Assembly: GCA_028534125.1 (NCBI GenBank)
Contig: CM052816.1
Location: 17,114,001 to 17,178,000, forward strand
DNA: 64,000 bases
Reading direction: 5' to 3'
From: Lama glama
Taxonomy: Eukaryota
Below, piece after piece: positions 1-19,900 of the stretch. The position numbers and the translations under genes were made by a program. Every line of letters begins with the position of its first letter. Within the stretch, counting starts at the first letter, position 1. The notes below the pieces were generated by a model. That model did not search any database. It worked only from the letters and a program-made list of their open reading frames with translations, and was not told the DNA's origin.

Positions 1-99
1 CAGTCATTGGTGAAAATCATTACCTTGAATGTATTACTAATGGTTGTCATTAAATTATTAGCCTACTAACTAGTTTCCCAATTTTCTTCCACTCTGTTG

Positions 100-835
100 C
101 CCTACAGTGTATTCTCTGCATGGTTACCAGAATTATCTTTTTTAAAAAAACTGTGTTACTATCTTGTTCATAGCCCTTTAGTGGGCTTCCCTTACCCACT
201 TAGAGTAAAGTCCAAACTCCTTACCCTGGCTTTCAAGGCCTTTTATATTCTGTCCTTTGCCCATTTTATCCCTTTCCTCTCTCATTTTCTCTTCCTTAAA
301 CATGTCACTGTTTAGGGCCCTTGCCCTGGCTATTGCCTCAGTTGGTGGGGAATGCTCTTCCCCTAAATCTTCTTTGCTAGATTAGCTCCTTTTTATTCCA
401 TGTTCAACTAGGATGTCACCATCTTAGAAAGGCCTTCTTGGTCAATTCCATCCAAAGTAGTTGCTTTTCCACAAAGCACACTCCTTTAACATTGTGGCAT
501 CATTCTATTTTCTCTTCTGTAAAGAAGATATAAAGATAAAAGTGCTATGGGAGGAGGGTATAGCTCAAGTGGTAGAATGCATGCTTAGCATGCACAAGGT
601 CCTGAGTTCAATCCCCAGTACCTCCTCCAAAACTAAATAAATAACTAAATCTAATTACCTCCCCCCCAAAAATAAAAAAAAAAATAGGTAAAAAGTGCTA
701 TAAAGCATTTAGCACTCTTCGAAATTATTTTGTTTCTGAATCTGATTGCTTAGTTTTTGTTTTTTACTTCCTGAATATATGCTCTGTGAAAACAGGGACC
801 ATGTCTGTTTACTACTGTATGCTTATCAGAGCACC
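100..835 (+). mobile_element. L2 LINE 3' fragment (interrupted by the 549 SINE)
   Basis: L2-typical phrases: aaagtccaaactccttacc...caaggcc, gtcaccatcttagaaaggcctt, cagggaccatgtctgttt. Confidence 0.6.
549..690 (+). mobile_element. tRNA-derived SINE (vic-1-like)
   Basis: A-box TAGCTCAAGTGG, B-box GAGTTCAATCC, A-rich tail, and an 11-bp TSD AAAAGTGCTAT (538-548 / 691-701). Confidence 0.9.
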
Positions 836-1047
836 TTACTTCAGTAAGTTTTCTGTGAATATTGGTTGAAAGAAAAACAGTATAGTTCTCTTGCTGTATA
901 TAAATATTTCATGTGACCTTGAAGTATCTGACCCTTGTATATTGTTGATACATACTTTACTTTTGCACATCTCGCATCTCTTTTGACCTAGTTGTATTTT
1001 AACTAAAATCAGTATTACTGATCTGTCTTCTTGGTTCTGAAATGTAG

Positions 1048-7254
<6,207 letters not shown>

Positions 7255-9530
7255 AATATGCTCCTAGAAAACATCGTAAAACCAATTGTATTCCCTGAAG
7301 CTATCATCGTGTGTTCTTGCCTGGTACTTCAGTTCATTTTGTCAGACACTCAGAAAGTCTCATTTTGTACTTGGTTGTGGTACCACTAGAGAAGTGATGG
7401 GAGGGTAAGTAGACCCTTTCTAGGGAGTGCGATGTTTCATATTAACCACAGACTGTCTCTATCTAAACATCCACTTTTCTTCATTGTTTTGTACTACAGA
7501 TACATCTGGTTAGTGAAAGACTAATATTTTATCTTTTCAATTTCAAGAACTTTGGATATACAAGCTTTTTGTTATTACCAACTTTATTGTTTTGTTTTTC
7601 ATTACTCAAGAAAATTGAGAGGAAAATCTTCACATTGAATTCTTCGGTTGCCTTTTTCTTGCAGAATGACTGGAAATTTGAAAGAAAAGCCTATAAATGT
7701 GCACATATGCAACTATGTTCTGTGTTTTCCTAGAAAACCAAAATCAACTGAAATTTCAAGTCCTACTGTGGAACATGTTTCTGTTTAATTCCCAAAGTGA
7801 CACTTTCTCACAGGTAGTATGTTAGCAAAATTGCGCAAAGTATTGGTCACATAGCTCCTGGATGAAGATAACAGTGGGTAGACCAAAAAGTGACCTTGCT
7901 TATTAGTGTAGTGAAAACGCATACCACACACAGAACTGAATCATATCACATGCTGCCTTTGGGACTTAAGTTACTGTTTATTTCCTCAGTTATATTTTAT
8001 CAGCTGGTGATGATGTGATTTGTCTGGATTAGAGCCTGTGTCCATCCCCACCCCACTCCGCCCCAACCACCTCCAGATAATGTGATAAAATAGCCATGTC
8101 AGTATGTGGGAACTCTGATGGTGCTCAGATTTGTGTGTTCAATCACATGGGCTTAAATTGGCAAAAGAATCATTATGCTTGAAGTAAATCTATTTTTAAC
8201 AAGGGCTATACCACTGCATTTTTAAATGTACCTTCAGGGGGTTGCATCATTATTTTTCCTTTTTAATTTTTAAAGAAAGCAAAATCCATAAGGAAAACAT
8301 CCTCTAAAGGGACCACCTTTTGCTCTGTCACATGCTGTTTAAAGCAGCTGGCTACAAGATGTAAAGTGGTATGCCCCTTGTCATATACTCTAAGCATATC
8401 TTTTTTTCTTTGGTTTTGCATGGCTTTTCTTCAGGTTCCTTCCTGGTATAATTCTGCTAATTATTTTCATAGAATGGTGACTTTATTTGTGCTAACAATA
8501 TAATAGTCATTAACAGCATAATCTAGTCAGGCTTAATCTAAGTGTAATTATTTTCCTGGTGCTTTTTTGGATTGATGAGTGTTTCACTTTGTGCCCACGT
8601 TTTGCATGCAGTGATTCATGCATGGTTTTCTTAACTAGCTAATGTTTGTAATTTGTCCCATACAAAAATGGACTTTTGCAACATCTTTTAATAAGGTGAG
8701 GGAAGCATGGACCTCAGACTTCTGGCACTATTACATAGTAAGCACATGAAGTAGCTTGATAATAGGTAGCATTTCTAGTACTTCACATTTTACCTATGTG
8801 TGCAATGCCTTTTTTTGGGGGGGGTGGGCGGAGGGAGTATTCCTTGGTAGTGAACGTGCAGTTGGGAAATAAAGCACTAAATCCAGCCCGTTTCGTGTGG
8901 TTTCCTTTTGATATAGCTAGGTTATTCATAATGTATACCTAAAAAAGTGAAATTGAAAACACCAAAAGATGTTACCACTTTGATTTGAATTCATCATGCA
9001 GTGTACATTTAGTTAATTTCTTTCAGTCTCCAGACAGGAGTATATCCAAACATCTGATTTAATGTACACTGTATATTGTTTTATATGAATGTTTTATTTT
9101 ATATACCACATGCAGAAGTGTCCATATGCACTATTTAAATGTTTTAAATAATATATTCCTTCTTTATAATGCTAAATCTATATGAGTACCGTATTTTTAT
9201 AAGTCAGTGGCCTGACTGGTTTCATTTTAGAATTAACAGCTGCTTCATGATGTTGGTTATTCGCTGTTAATGTTTGGCTGCAAGTAGAATAGATAAAAGT
9301 GGCATGGCAGCACTTATGCTATGTGACAGTATTCTGTGTCATAGTTCAGCAGTTAAGTGGTAGAATTAGACAGTTTGTGATAGTTTTACTTTGGTACAAA
9401 TAAAAGCTGTATATCTATATACAAATTAATATATAGATATATATATATGACCACCAGTATAATTGCATTGCGGTGTCTGCACTTCATTGTATAGACTTTT
9501 GTAATAAAAGAACTTTAATGTTCTAAGTCA
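7255..9530 (+). other. FAM13B: FAM13B 3' UTR
   Basis: Repeat-free AU-rich stretch after the stop codon, ending at AATAAA signals. The exact 3' end is inferred. Confidence 0.75.
9399..9508 (+). terminator. Tandem polyadenylation signals of FAM13B
   Basis: AATAAA at 9399-9404 and 9503-9508. The second is followed by a GU/U-rich tract at about 9538-9560. Confidence 0.65.
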
Positions 9531-10730
9531 TTGTAAATGTTTTTTTGTCTGTTTGTTTTTTATTAGATGTTAAAAAGGAAAAAAACAAGACCTCAAGTGT
9601 TCCCTTGCCTTAATGTTCTTAAGCTTTGTTTGGATTACCCCAACCAGGGACCATGTTGGGGGACAACAGGGTTACAAAACCACTTGGCTGGCTACAGCTC
9701 TAGGAAGAAAGACAAGGAAAGGCCATGTTGTTGATTCTCTGTGGAAATCTAGGGAGAAGATTCAGAGGGACTAGAAGCATTTCTTGTTGCACTGATTTAT
9801 CCTATTAAGAAAACTTGACATACAGTCTCTAAGAGAATAGTTTGGCTTGAGGAAGGTGAGTATATTTAAAAATTCCTTTATTCATGTTTTATGGTCCAAT
9901 GTGGAAGTTAAGTGCTGTGGTCAAATGGTGTTGCTTGGGCTGGGAGAACATATGGCTCCTCTGTGAGGGTTCATGTAACGTAAAAAATTTAGAAGAGTTT
10001 ATTTCCAGTTTCCAAAATGCCAGCCATCCACAACGTTCCAACCATCCAAACAGGGCTTTTGCAGCACTCTAATTTGCACTAATTTGTGACTTACAAGGTA
10101 CTCCTACCTTGCTCTTTTATTTTATTTTTTAGAGTATATTTTACTTTTAAAGTAGTTGAGGGAGCACTTTTGGGAAACTTTAAATGTGTTACTTTAGAAA
10201 CTGTCTAGATGAATTTCCAGTTTGTAGATACTAGTGAAATTTCTGTAGGTGGTTGCAAAGTTTGTCCTTTTATACTTTGCCTTTTTCCAGGAAATTTCCA
10301 ATTGAGCAAAATAGAGGTGTGATTATTTCACTTGGGGTCTTATTTAATGGTTTTCTAGGATCCTGAGTATTTACTAATTTAACTTTGGCCAAGTTAGAAC
10401 ATGGTACACGACGAGAACACTAGCAGTTCTTATACTTCGTGTAACACTGAGAAAAGTGTCTTTACCTACTTACTAAACTATTAAATAGAGACCTGCCCGA
10501 AGAACTAAAAGCAGTATTATTTTATCCTTTCCATTCACATTCCTAGAATTTAATAATAAATCTCATTATAAAATTCTTTGTTTGTACCAGTGTGTTTATA
10601 TTCAGGAGGCATGTTGTAATATGCATGGATTGTATGTTGAGTCCCATTCCTGGAAATTATTTGGTCATTGTCCTTGACCCTGATGATAGCTTGATAATAG
10701 GTGGTTTTGTGCTTTTAAAGTATACCTGAA

Positions 10731-10820
10731 GGGGGTGAGTATAGCTCAGTGGTGGAGCACATGCTTAGCATACATGAGGTCCTGGGTTCAGTTCCCAGTT
10801 TCTCCATTTAAAAAAAAATG
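10731..10820 (+). mobile_element. tRNA-derived SINE, short form
   Basis: A and B boxes, poly(A) directly after the tRNA part, TSD TAAAGT(A/G)TACCTGAA (10716-10730 / 10821-10835). Confidence 0.88.
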
Positions 10821-10925
10821 TAAAGTGTACCTGAAATGGGGACAAGTTAAGGAAATAATTCGGTACAGGTATAAATCATTAGAGATGCTCAGTGACTGCA
10901 TCATAGAGTCTCACCTCCACTTGGT

Positions 10926-13900
10926 TCAGTATTGTAGAGCTGAAACCTTTCTCATCACTCGGTTTAGTTTTAAACTGACGTAGTGTAATTCCTTCTCCAG
11001 CTCCACAGCATATAAAAAGAGGCTAGAGGATAATTAGAAGGAAATAGACAGTGAGTCATTAACAATTTTGTACATAGAGACAGCAGGTTATTACTACCTA
11101 TTGTGAAATGCTTTGAGTGGGAAGATAGTATTTTAAACTCCAAAGACATGCCAGTATGGCCAGTTATGGATCTAATATTCTAAAGCTGTGTGGAGCACAG
11201 TACCTGCTGTGCATATCAAGTATAAATGTCAATTCCTTTTTAGAGATGTAAGGACGAAAGCAATTGGTCTCACTCTGACCTTAATTTAAACAAATGGAGT
11301 CTTGTGTTTTCTGTGTAATTTTAAAGCTGGGTAAAAAGTTGAAAAAAGTGGCATCTTAACACAATAAGATTCTGGTTTCAGGAAAATGGTGGGGTGTCCC
11401 CAATCTCCATATCATGAATTCCATAGTGCCCTGGTTAGAACAAATGCTTACTCTCGAAATTCTTGTTGAGTGACTGGCTGGTAGTCGTCTTGAATTTCTG
11501 TAGAGTAATATTTTTTCTCAAGCCTCTCTTTCCATTTTTTCATCTGCTCTGCACTTTGAATCTCCTGTCAAGTTAGAGGAAAAGCATAATAAGCTGCAAC
11601 CTTTAAATTTTTCTCTGTTTCAGGTCTATGGCACACAAGCATCACAGGGTTGAGAATTTTAAACTGTTCTTTACTCTCCAGGGCTGTGATTTTGAGCCCT
11701 GCTGGCTTTTTGCTCTGCCTGGTTTTTGGACCTATGCATCAGCAGTCACTTATGAGGACCTGGTGTTAAAACGGTTTAGCAGAGTTAGGGGATTTTTAAG
11801 TTATAAACATCAGCTTATTCTCATTTCACTGCCTCTTCCCCTCTGCATCTCCAGCTGAGTTTCTTTTTCCTGTCTTTCTCCATTCTTCACTTGGCGAAAG
11901 CCGAGGTGTTCTTTTCTGTACTTCTGTTCTTCAATGAAGCAAGTGTACTTCAAAGTACTTCTGGGGGTATTATTTACCCTCCCAGTTGCTTCTCAGCCAG
12001 ACTCCTGCACTAACAATAACCCATCTCCTTTTCATAATAATTACTGCATCAATCTATGTACTTAAATCTGTCCACATCCCCCAAAATAAATTCCTCATAC
12101 CAGAGAATTCTTGCTGCATCCTTCCCTGATCCTAAAGAGTCCTTAGCTTTAGAAAAAAATGCCATGTATGTTGTGGAAAATAGGGATAGCCCTAGGAAAA
12201 GAGGAAAAGCAGACAGTGTACCCAGATATGATTCAAAGAATTTTCAGTAAATGAGTATGGTACTGCCCTGCTTCAGCAGTAACACTAGGTAGCAAAGTGG
12301 ATCTCTGTGTAAGGGTTCTCATTACCTTCCTCAGAGAGAATGGTGGTGCCTAAGTTCAAATGTTGTTTATGTGATAAATGATTGCTGTTCTGGTCAGAGA
12401 AACTGTGCCATATCAGACGGTGTTTGTCTTTAAATCAACATATTTAAACTAACATATCCAAAGTAGGAAAGGATGGTTTTCAATCTTTCTAGTTTTATTT
12501 TGCCCACATGACAGCACCCATGTTTTGGCATATTTACTCATAAGCAGTTAAAGCTGTGGGCCCCACAACCGTTTCTAAATGACCAGGTCTATTATAATAT
12601 GGATGCCTTAATAATATGGGTTGAATAGACTATGCCTGGTAAACTTTATTCACCCTTCAAAAAACCCATCTCAACCATCACTTTTTCTTTCTTGACATTC
12701 ATAGGATAGTGATACCTTTTTCCTCATAGGTAGAGTAGCAGCTCTTTACTTTTTCTGTCTTCCAATACCTATGTAACCAGTTCTTCGTAATAATTTTTCT
12801 TTGTTTGAAATACATAATGTGGTTTACATTTTCCTGACTAGGCTCTGACTGACACATGTAGCTAGTATGTCATTTGGTCAAGTGTGTTTTTGTTTTTAAG
12901 GAATGTTTTAAATTTTTCCTTATCTCAGTTTTAAACATTAAACATCTTTAATTCCTGGGCACTTTCTGTTTTGTTGCTACTATAAATAGATCCTTCTATT
13001 AGAATTTTTAATGACCTACTTGGTGTTCGCATATATGACATGACTGTTTATATAAATTATTTTTCCTACTATTTTACTTAATCTCTTTCTTTTTGTCATA
13101 ATTTTTCAGTTCATTGTATACCTTAAAAACTTCAGAGAAAGGCTGCTTTCTAGAAAGTGTGTTTCTAAAAGCATAGACCCTGCGAAGCTGATGCCACATG
13201 ACATTGGTTCTCTGACCTCGAAGGTGCCTCTTCCCGTTGTGACTCTAATGGAGGGACTTCTGCCCTGAGCCACCAGCAGTGGGGTGGCTGGGAGAGGCAT
13301 CCCAGGGCCACCACTACAGGATCTAAGATCTGTAATCTCCGGAGACACCTATGGGGCCCTCTGCTGGGCTGCACGTGCTGCGTTTTTGTCTGCATGATTT
13401 GGGATCATTGTACTTGTGCCTTCTCTTCCCTATCACCACTATACGGGATTATCCACGTTTCCACTAACCCCCTCTTTGACGTTCTCTCATTTATCCTGGA
13501 CCTTCTGGAGCCCTGTAAAGTATATGTAGCCCCCCCACCACCACTTTGTGTCCAGTTGCCTCCACCATGTGAGGCCTACTCCCCACATGCTCTTTCCCAG
13601 GCTCTGGCTCTGCTTCCCTCCCCTTGCCCAGTGGTGCAGTCTTGGTAACTGGTGACAGAATTCTTCATTATAGTCTTCCAAAAGAATCGTATCTCAAAGA
13701 GAGGTAATTTTTATCTCTTCCTTTTCAATTCTTGTACTTCTGATTTATTTCTCTTACTTAATTGTTTTGGCCAGTCCCTCTAAATACATCCTTGTCTTGT
13801 CCTTGACATGTCCAATGTTTCCCTATTAGGTTAGGTGCTAGCTTTGCGTTGAGATAGCCTTGTTTTTATCATATCAAGGAAGTGTCCATTGATTCCTGTT

Positions 13901-16900
13901 CTGCTTTGTTTTTCCCCTGAAGATTAGATGTTGAATCTTACCAAATATCCAACATCTATGGAAAATAATTATGTAATTTTCCTTTTTGGATCTATAAATA
14001 GAATAAATTATGTTAATTAGTTGATTACATAATTTTGAATCATCTTTCCATTCTTAGGATAAACTCTGAATCATGATGTATTTCTTGGATTCTGGTTGCT
14101 AATATTTTATTTAGGATTTTTGCTTCAAGATTTATAAATGATATTTTCTTTTTCTATTTGTTTTTTGGGGGAGTACAGTTTTTGCCTGGTTTTAGTATCA
14201 CTGTATAGTTGCTTTATAAAAATAATTTGGAAGTTTTCTGTTTTCTCTTTTCTCTGAAACCGCTCAAATAGCTTAAAATTATTTATTCCTTAAAAACCTG
14301 GTAAAATTCTCTTGTGAAACAATCTGGGTTTGATTTATTTTGGAGGTAGCTCTTTGATGACTATTTCTTCTGTAGAATGGATTTGTTTAAGCTTTTTAAA
14401 ATCTCTTCTGCATTCAGTTTTGATAAATTTTATTATCTTAGAAAAATTATCCATTGCATTCAGGTTTTCAAATGTTATTTGCGTAGAGTTATACACAAAA
14501 GTCTCTTAGTGATTTTTTTTAGGTGTACAAGATAATGATTCATTGTATATATATATATATTGTGAAATGATCACCACAATAAGTCTAGTTAACATCCATC
14601 ACTACAGTTATAGATCTTTTTTCTTTTGATGAGAACTTTTTAAGATTTACTCTCAGCGACTTTCACATACACAATTAGGTATTATTAACTATAGTCACCA
14701 TGATGTAGATAATATCCCCACAACTTACTTATATCCCCACAACAACTTAACAGATGTTTGTCCCTTTTGACCACCATCCCCCATTTCATTCACTCCTGCC
14801 TCTGGCATCCACCAATCTGTTCTCTGTATCTTTTTGTTTGTTTGTTTAGATTTCACATATAAATGAGATCATAGAGTATTTGTCTTGCTCTATCTGAATT
14901 ACTTCACTTAACATAATGCTCTCAAGGTCTATCCCATATTGTTGCAAATGGCAGGATTCCCTTCTCTTTTATGACTTAATAATATTTCATTGTATATAGA
15001 GACCTCATTTTCTTTATCCATTCATCCATCAGTGGACACTTATGTTATTTCCATGTCTTGGTGTTTCTAAATAATGTTGCAGTGAACATGGGGCACAGAT
15101 ATCTTTTCAAGTTAGTGTTTTTGTTTCCTTCAGATAAATACCCAGGAATGGAATTGCTGGTAATCTTATGGTAATTCTATTTTTAATTTTTTGAGGAACT
15201 TCCGTACCGTTTTCCATAGTGGCTGCACCAATTTACATTACCACCAACAGTGCACAAGAATTTCCTTTTCTCCACATCCTTGCTAAGACTTATTATTATT
15301 TCTTGTCTTTTTGATGATACCCATTTTAACAGATTTAAAGTGATAGTCCTTTGTGGTTTTGATTTGCATTTCCCTGATGATTAGTGATGTTGAGAACCTT
15401 TTCATGTACCTACTGGCTATTTGTGTGTCTTCTTTCGAAAAATGTCTGTTCAGATCCTCTGCCCATTTTTCAGTTGGATTGTTTGTTGTCTATTGAGTTG
15501 TATAAGTTCTTTATATATTTTTCATTTATTTATTAAACCCTTATAAGATACGTGATTTGCAAATATTTTCTCCCATTCCTTAGGTCGCCTTTTCATTTGT
15601 TGATGGTTTCCTGTGCTGTGCAGAATCTTTTCAGTTTGATGTAGTGCAACTTGTTTATTTTTGCTTTTGTTGCCTTTGTTTTTCGTGTTAAATCCAAAAA
15701 ATTATCGTCAAGGCTGATGTCAAAGAGGTTACCGCCTATTTTTTTTTAAAAGGGTCCTGTGGTTTTAGGTCTTACATTCAGGTCCATTTTGAGCTCATTT
15801 TTGTATATGGTTAAGATAATGGTCCAGTTTAATTCTTTTGCATGTGGCTGTCAAGTTTTCCCAGGACCGTTTATTTATTAGACTGCCCTTTACCCATTGT
15901 CTTCTTGGTTCTTTTGTCATAAACTAATTGACCACATATGTGTGGGTATATTTCTGGGCTCTCTATTCTGTTCTGTTGCTTTATGTCTATTTTTATGCCA
16001 GTATTATTTTATTACTTTAGCTTTGTAATAAGTTTGAAATCAGGGAGCATGATGCTTCCAGCTTTGTTGTTCTTTCTCAAGATTGCTTTGGCTGTTCTGG
16101 GTCTTTGTGGTTTCGTGCACATTTTAGAATTATTTGTTCTAAGTTTTGAAAAATGCCATTGAAGTTTTGATAGAGATTGCATTGACTCTGTAGATTGCTT
16201 TGGGTAGTATGGATATTTTAACTATTAATTCTTCTAATCCTTGAGTGCAGAATATCTTTCCATTTGTTTCCGTCTTCAGTTTCTTTCAGTGATTTTTAAC
16301 AATTTCTTCTGTTACTTGATTATTTCCCTTATTGTAATTTCTTTTATGTTTTTGCTTTCTCTGTTCGTTGGCTAGTGGTTTCTTTTCACTAGTCTCTTCA
16401 AAAGACCAGCCTTTTTATTTACTTATACTACTTTTTATAACTCATTAATTCTACTTTTATCTTTTTTCTTTCTGTTTATTGTTCTTTTCTAACTTTTTGA
16501 GTCACATGCTAAAATTAATTTCAGTGTTTTGATTTTTATTGATAAATTTAAGTTTATTAATTTTCCTCTGGGTATTCTTTGACTATTTCATAGATTCTTC
16601 TATACTATGTTTTCATTATTTTCTTTTCTAGGAATTCTGCTGTTTCATTTTGTATTTCCTCTTTAAGAATTATATAATGTTAATTTTTTCTTGTTTAAAG
16701 AATCTTTTCATTTTCAATTTATTTTAAAACTTCAGTACGTCGTTTTTATAGAATTTTTTCTGTATTAACTACTTCTTGGAATTTATTGAGGTTTTCTTTG
16801 TGGCCCAGTATATCTATTTTCATGAATGGGTTTTTGAAAAACAGGTGTATCTCCTGAGAGTACAGCATTTAAGACATAACTGTAAGAAGACTTCATTCAT

Positions 16901-19900
16901 GTTTTGTATTTTTTTTAATCCTTTTCCTTTTCTTGATCTGTTGTTGTCTATTTTTAGTGTATTCCTGCCTGTTTCTCCTCTTATAAGTCTAGTAGTCTTT
17001 ACTTTATGGAAATAGATGCTATAGCACTTGGTACATAGATAATCCTAACTATTAAAGTTGATCTTAGCCTTAATAAAGAACCCTCATCTCATTTAGAGCT
17101 TTTTGTCTAGAATTCTACCTTGACTAATATTGTGTCCCCTTTTGCTTGCCTTTATACCTTTGCTCATGCTTTTAAGTTTTAGGTATATATTTTAGCACAG
17201 AATTGAGTGTTGCTTTGTGATTCAGTCTGATTTTTTTTTTCTTTTTAAGTAAATTAAGCTTGTTTTTACTGATATGTCAGATATATCTGGTCATAGTTAC
17301 CTCATATTGTTTTAAGGTATATTTTAAGTCTTTTACCATGTGGTATATTTTCTGTTTTCTTTTTTGTTTTGGTACTTCTTTCCTTTAGGAATGTATATTT
17401 TTTGTTTTGGTGATTTGTCTTTGTGCATATATCTTATTATACATCCTGGGTCTTCTTTCTTGCTTTGGTCCCTTCAACAAGGAACCAAACAAGTTCAACA
17501 AAAAAATTAACTTTCAATTTCTTCCTCCTCATCTTCTTCCCTTCTACTCCTCAAGTATATTTAATCATAATAGCATATTTTGTTGTATCTGAGAGATGGA
17601 GTCTATTGTAAGACCATTATACCATTATTTTATGTACCACTTATGGAAAAAGTGCTGCCAATTAAAATACAGCACACTGTCAACTGTAAGGGACATCTTG
17701 ATTTCAGAGATGTTAAAATGTGAAAAAAGGTTTCAAAATTGATAAAACAGTATTTTTCTTATTATCTACTACTGTGCTCTTAAGTGTGCTAAAGTGTAAT
17801 CTTTTTGATTATTAACTCAATGATAATTCTTCAACTTTTTAGCTATTACATATTAAATAATCAGGTGGTGGTGGTGTTGTTTGTTTTTTTGTACTTTATA
17901 CCTTCTCTCACCATTCTTCCTTTTCTGAAATTTCCAAAATTATTTCTTGTTTGGCTGAAGATGATTCTCATATAGAATCCTCAGGAATACAACAGTATTC
18001 CCGGAGTTCTTACGTGTTCGAAGATGTTTGAGCCGTTACATTTGAAGCACAGCTTTGTGGGATATAAAAAGTCTTGGCTTACATTTTCTTTCCTTTCATA
18101 TATTGTAAATGTTCTTCTCTTGATTTATAGTGTTGAATATTGTTATGCTAATAAGCCTATTTTCTTTTCCTTGTAAGTAAATTCAAATTTTGCTTAGATA
18201 AGTCTCAGGTTCATTGTAGGTAGTTTTCCCCAGGTACACAGTATATCTTTCAGTTTACATTGTCTTATTTCAGAGATGGCTTATTGAATTATAGTTTTAT
18301 TTTTTAAAAGAATCTCAAACTTAAAGAAAAGTTAGAGGAATGATACAAATACTCTTTTCCCCTGAAATATTTGAAGTTGCCAGCACAAATACCTTATGGT
18401 CCCTGAATACTTCAGTGTATATTTCCTGCATTCAAGGACATTTTCCTTTATAGTCACAGTGCAATCATTAGACTCAGAAAATTGATATTGATAGATTATT
18501 ACCATCTGAATCCTCAGTCCCTCATTCAAGTTTACACATTGTCCCAATGATGCCCTTTAGAATAAAAGGATCCAGTTCATGATTATACATTGTATGTACA
18601 TATCTTTTAGTCTCATTCAGTCTGGTGTAGTTCCTCAGCTTTACCTTGACTTTTATGACCTTGACACTTTAGAATAATAAAGGCCAATTATCTTGTAGAA
18701 TGTACCTGAGTTTCTTTTTGTGTGATGTTTCATGCTACACATTTTTAATGGGATGTTACACAAGGGATACTGTGTCCTTTTAGCATCCTCTTAGGTGGCA
18801 TATGATTTCAACTTGTTCCAGTACAAGTTGATTAAGATGGTATCTTCTAGACTTCTCCACCCTGATTTTATTCCTTTTCTTTTTGTAATTAATATGTATT
18901 TTGTGGAGAGGTATGGAAATGTCCTAGTCTTCCTCAGACTTTTATTCATGTATATGTTTAGATCAGTATAGAATCCTATTTTACTCAATGGGTTTAAATT
19001 AATATTCATTATAGTGCATAAGTATCCCCAGACTTGGCCAGTGGGAGCCCCCTTAAGCTGTCTTTTGTCTTTTTTTTTTTTTTTTTTTTTTACTTTTTGT
19101 TCTTTTAACAGATCTCCATCATTCTTCAAGCACCTGTACTTTCTAGTTCTGGAATGAACTATTTCCAAGGAGTCCTGGTTCCTTTAGAGGAAAATGGTAT
19201 TTGGAAACCAAGATCTGGAGACTAGTTGTGTCATTGCTACTAGGATGTCATTGCTTCTAGCCTTCTCAGTGGACAGAAGTAGAAGATACATTCACACACA
19301 CACACATATACACATCTACAATTCTAATCTGACATCACAAGATTCATTTCAACCTTCAACCTTTCCATTTTTGTAACTCCCTTATCTGATAATGAGAAAC
19401 CTCACTCCAGTATATGTTCTTGCTTATTCCAATCTCCCAACCCTGTTGTCCTCTTTCTCAGTTTATTGAGGAGTGTGGACAACGAGAAGTAGAGCAATGT
19501 TCTGTTTTTTTCACTTGGGTGGTAGTGGTATGTGGAGGTTTGCTTTATTATTATTTCTTAAATACATATATGTTTAGTCATTTGTTGAATATATGTTATA
19601 ATTTTGAAATATAAAAAATCATTAAAGTGATTTATCACATTAATGATTAGAAGAGAACAATTATATCATCATCTCAATAGAGTATACTCACTAAACCTTG
19701 AGTAATAATCACACAGTGAGAGTATAGCTGTAGGTCCAGGGTATCTGGCTGAGAGTACCAGTAAAAGAAAAGAAGCAGCTGGAATGCAAACAATTTGTTC
19801 TAATCAAGAAAAGATCTAGATTCTAGCAGAACTTTAGAGGTGGCAACTATACTTGAAAAAAGCAAATCATTCAGTTCTTAACCCGAACTTTTTTGTAAGC

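Noticed and set aside
549..625. tRNA-Ala-like gene
   Set aside because: It has an A-rich tail, TSDs and several diverged copies in the window, so it is a SINE rather than a functional tRNA.
15938..19168. ORFs within the large PKD2L2 intron
   Set aside because: They lie in degraded L1 sequence or low-complexity tracts and give no recognisable intact protein.
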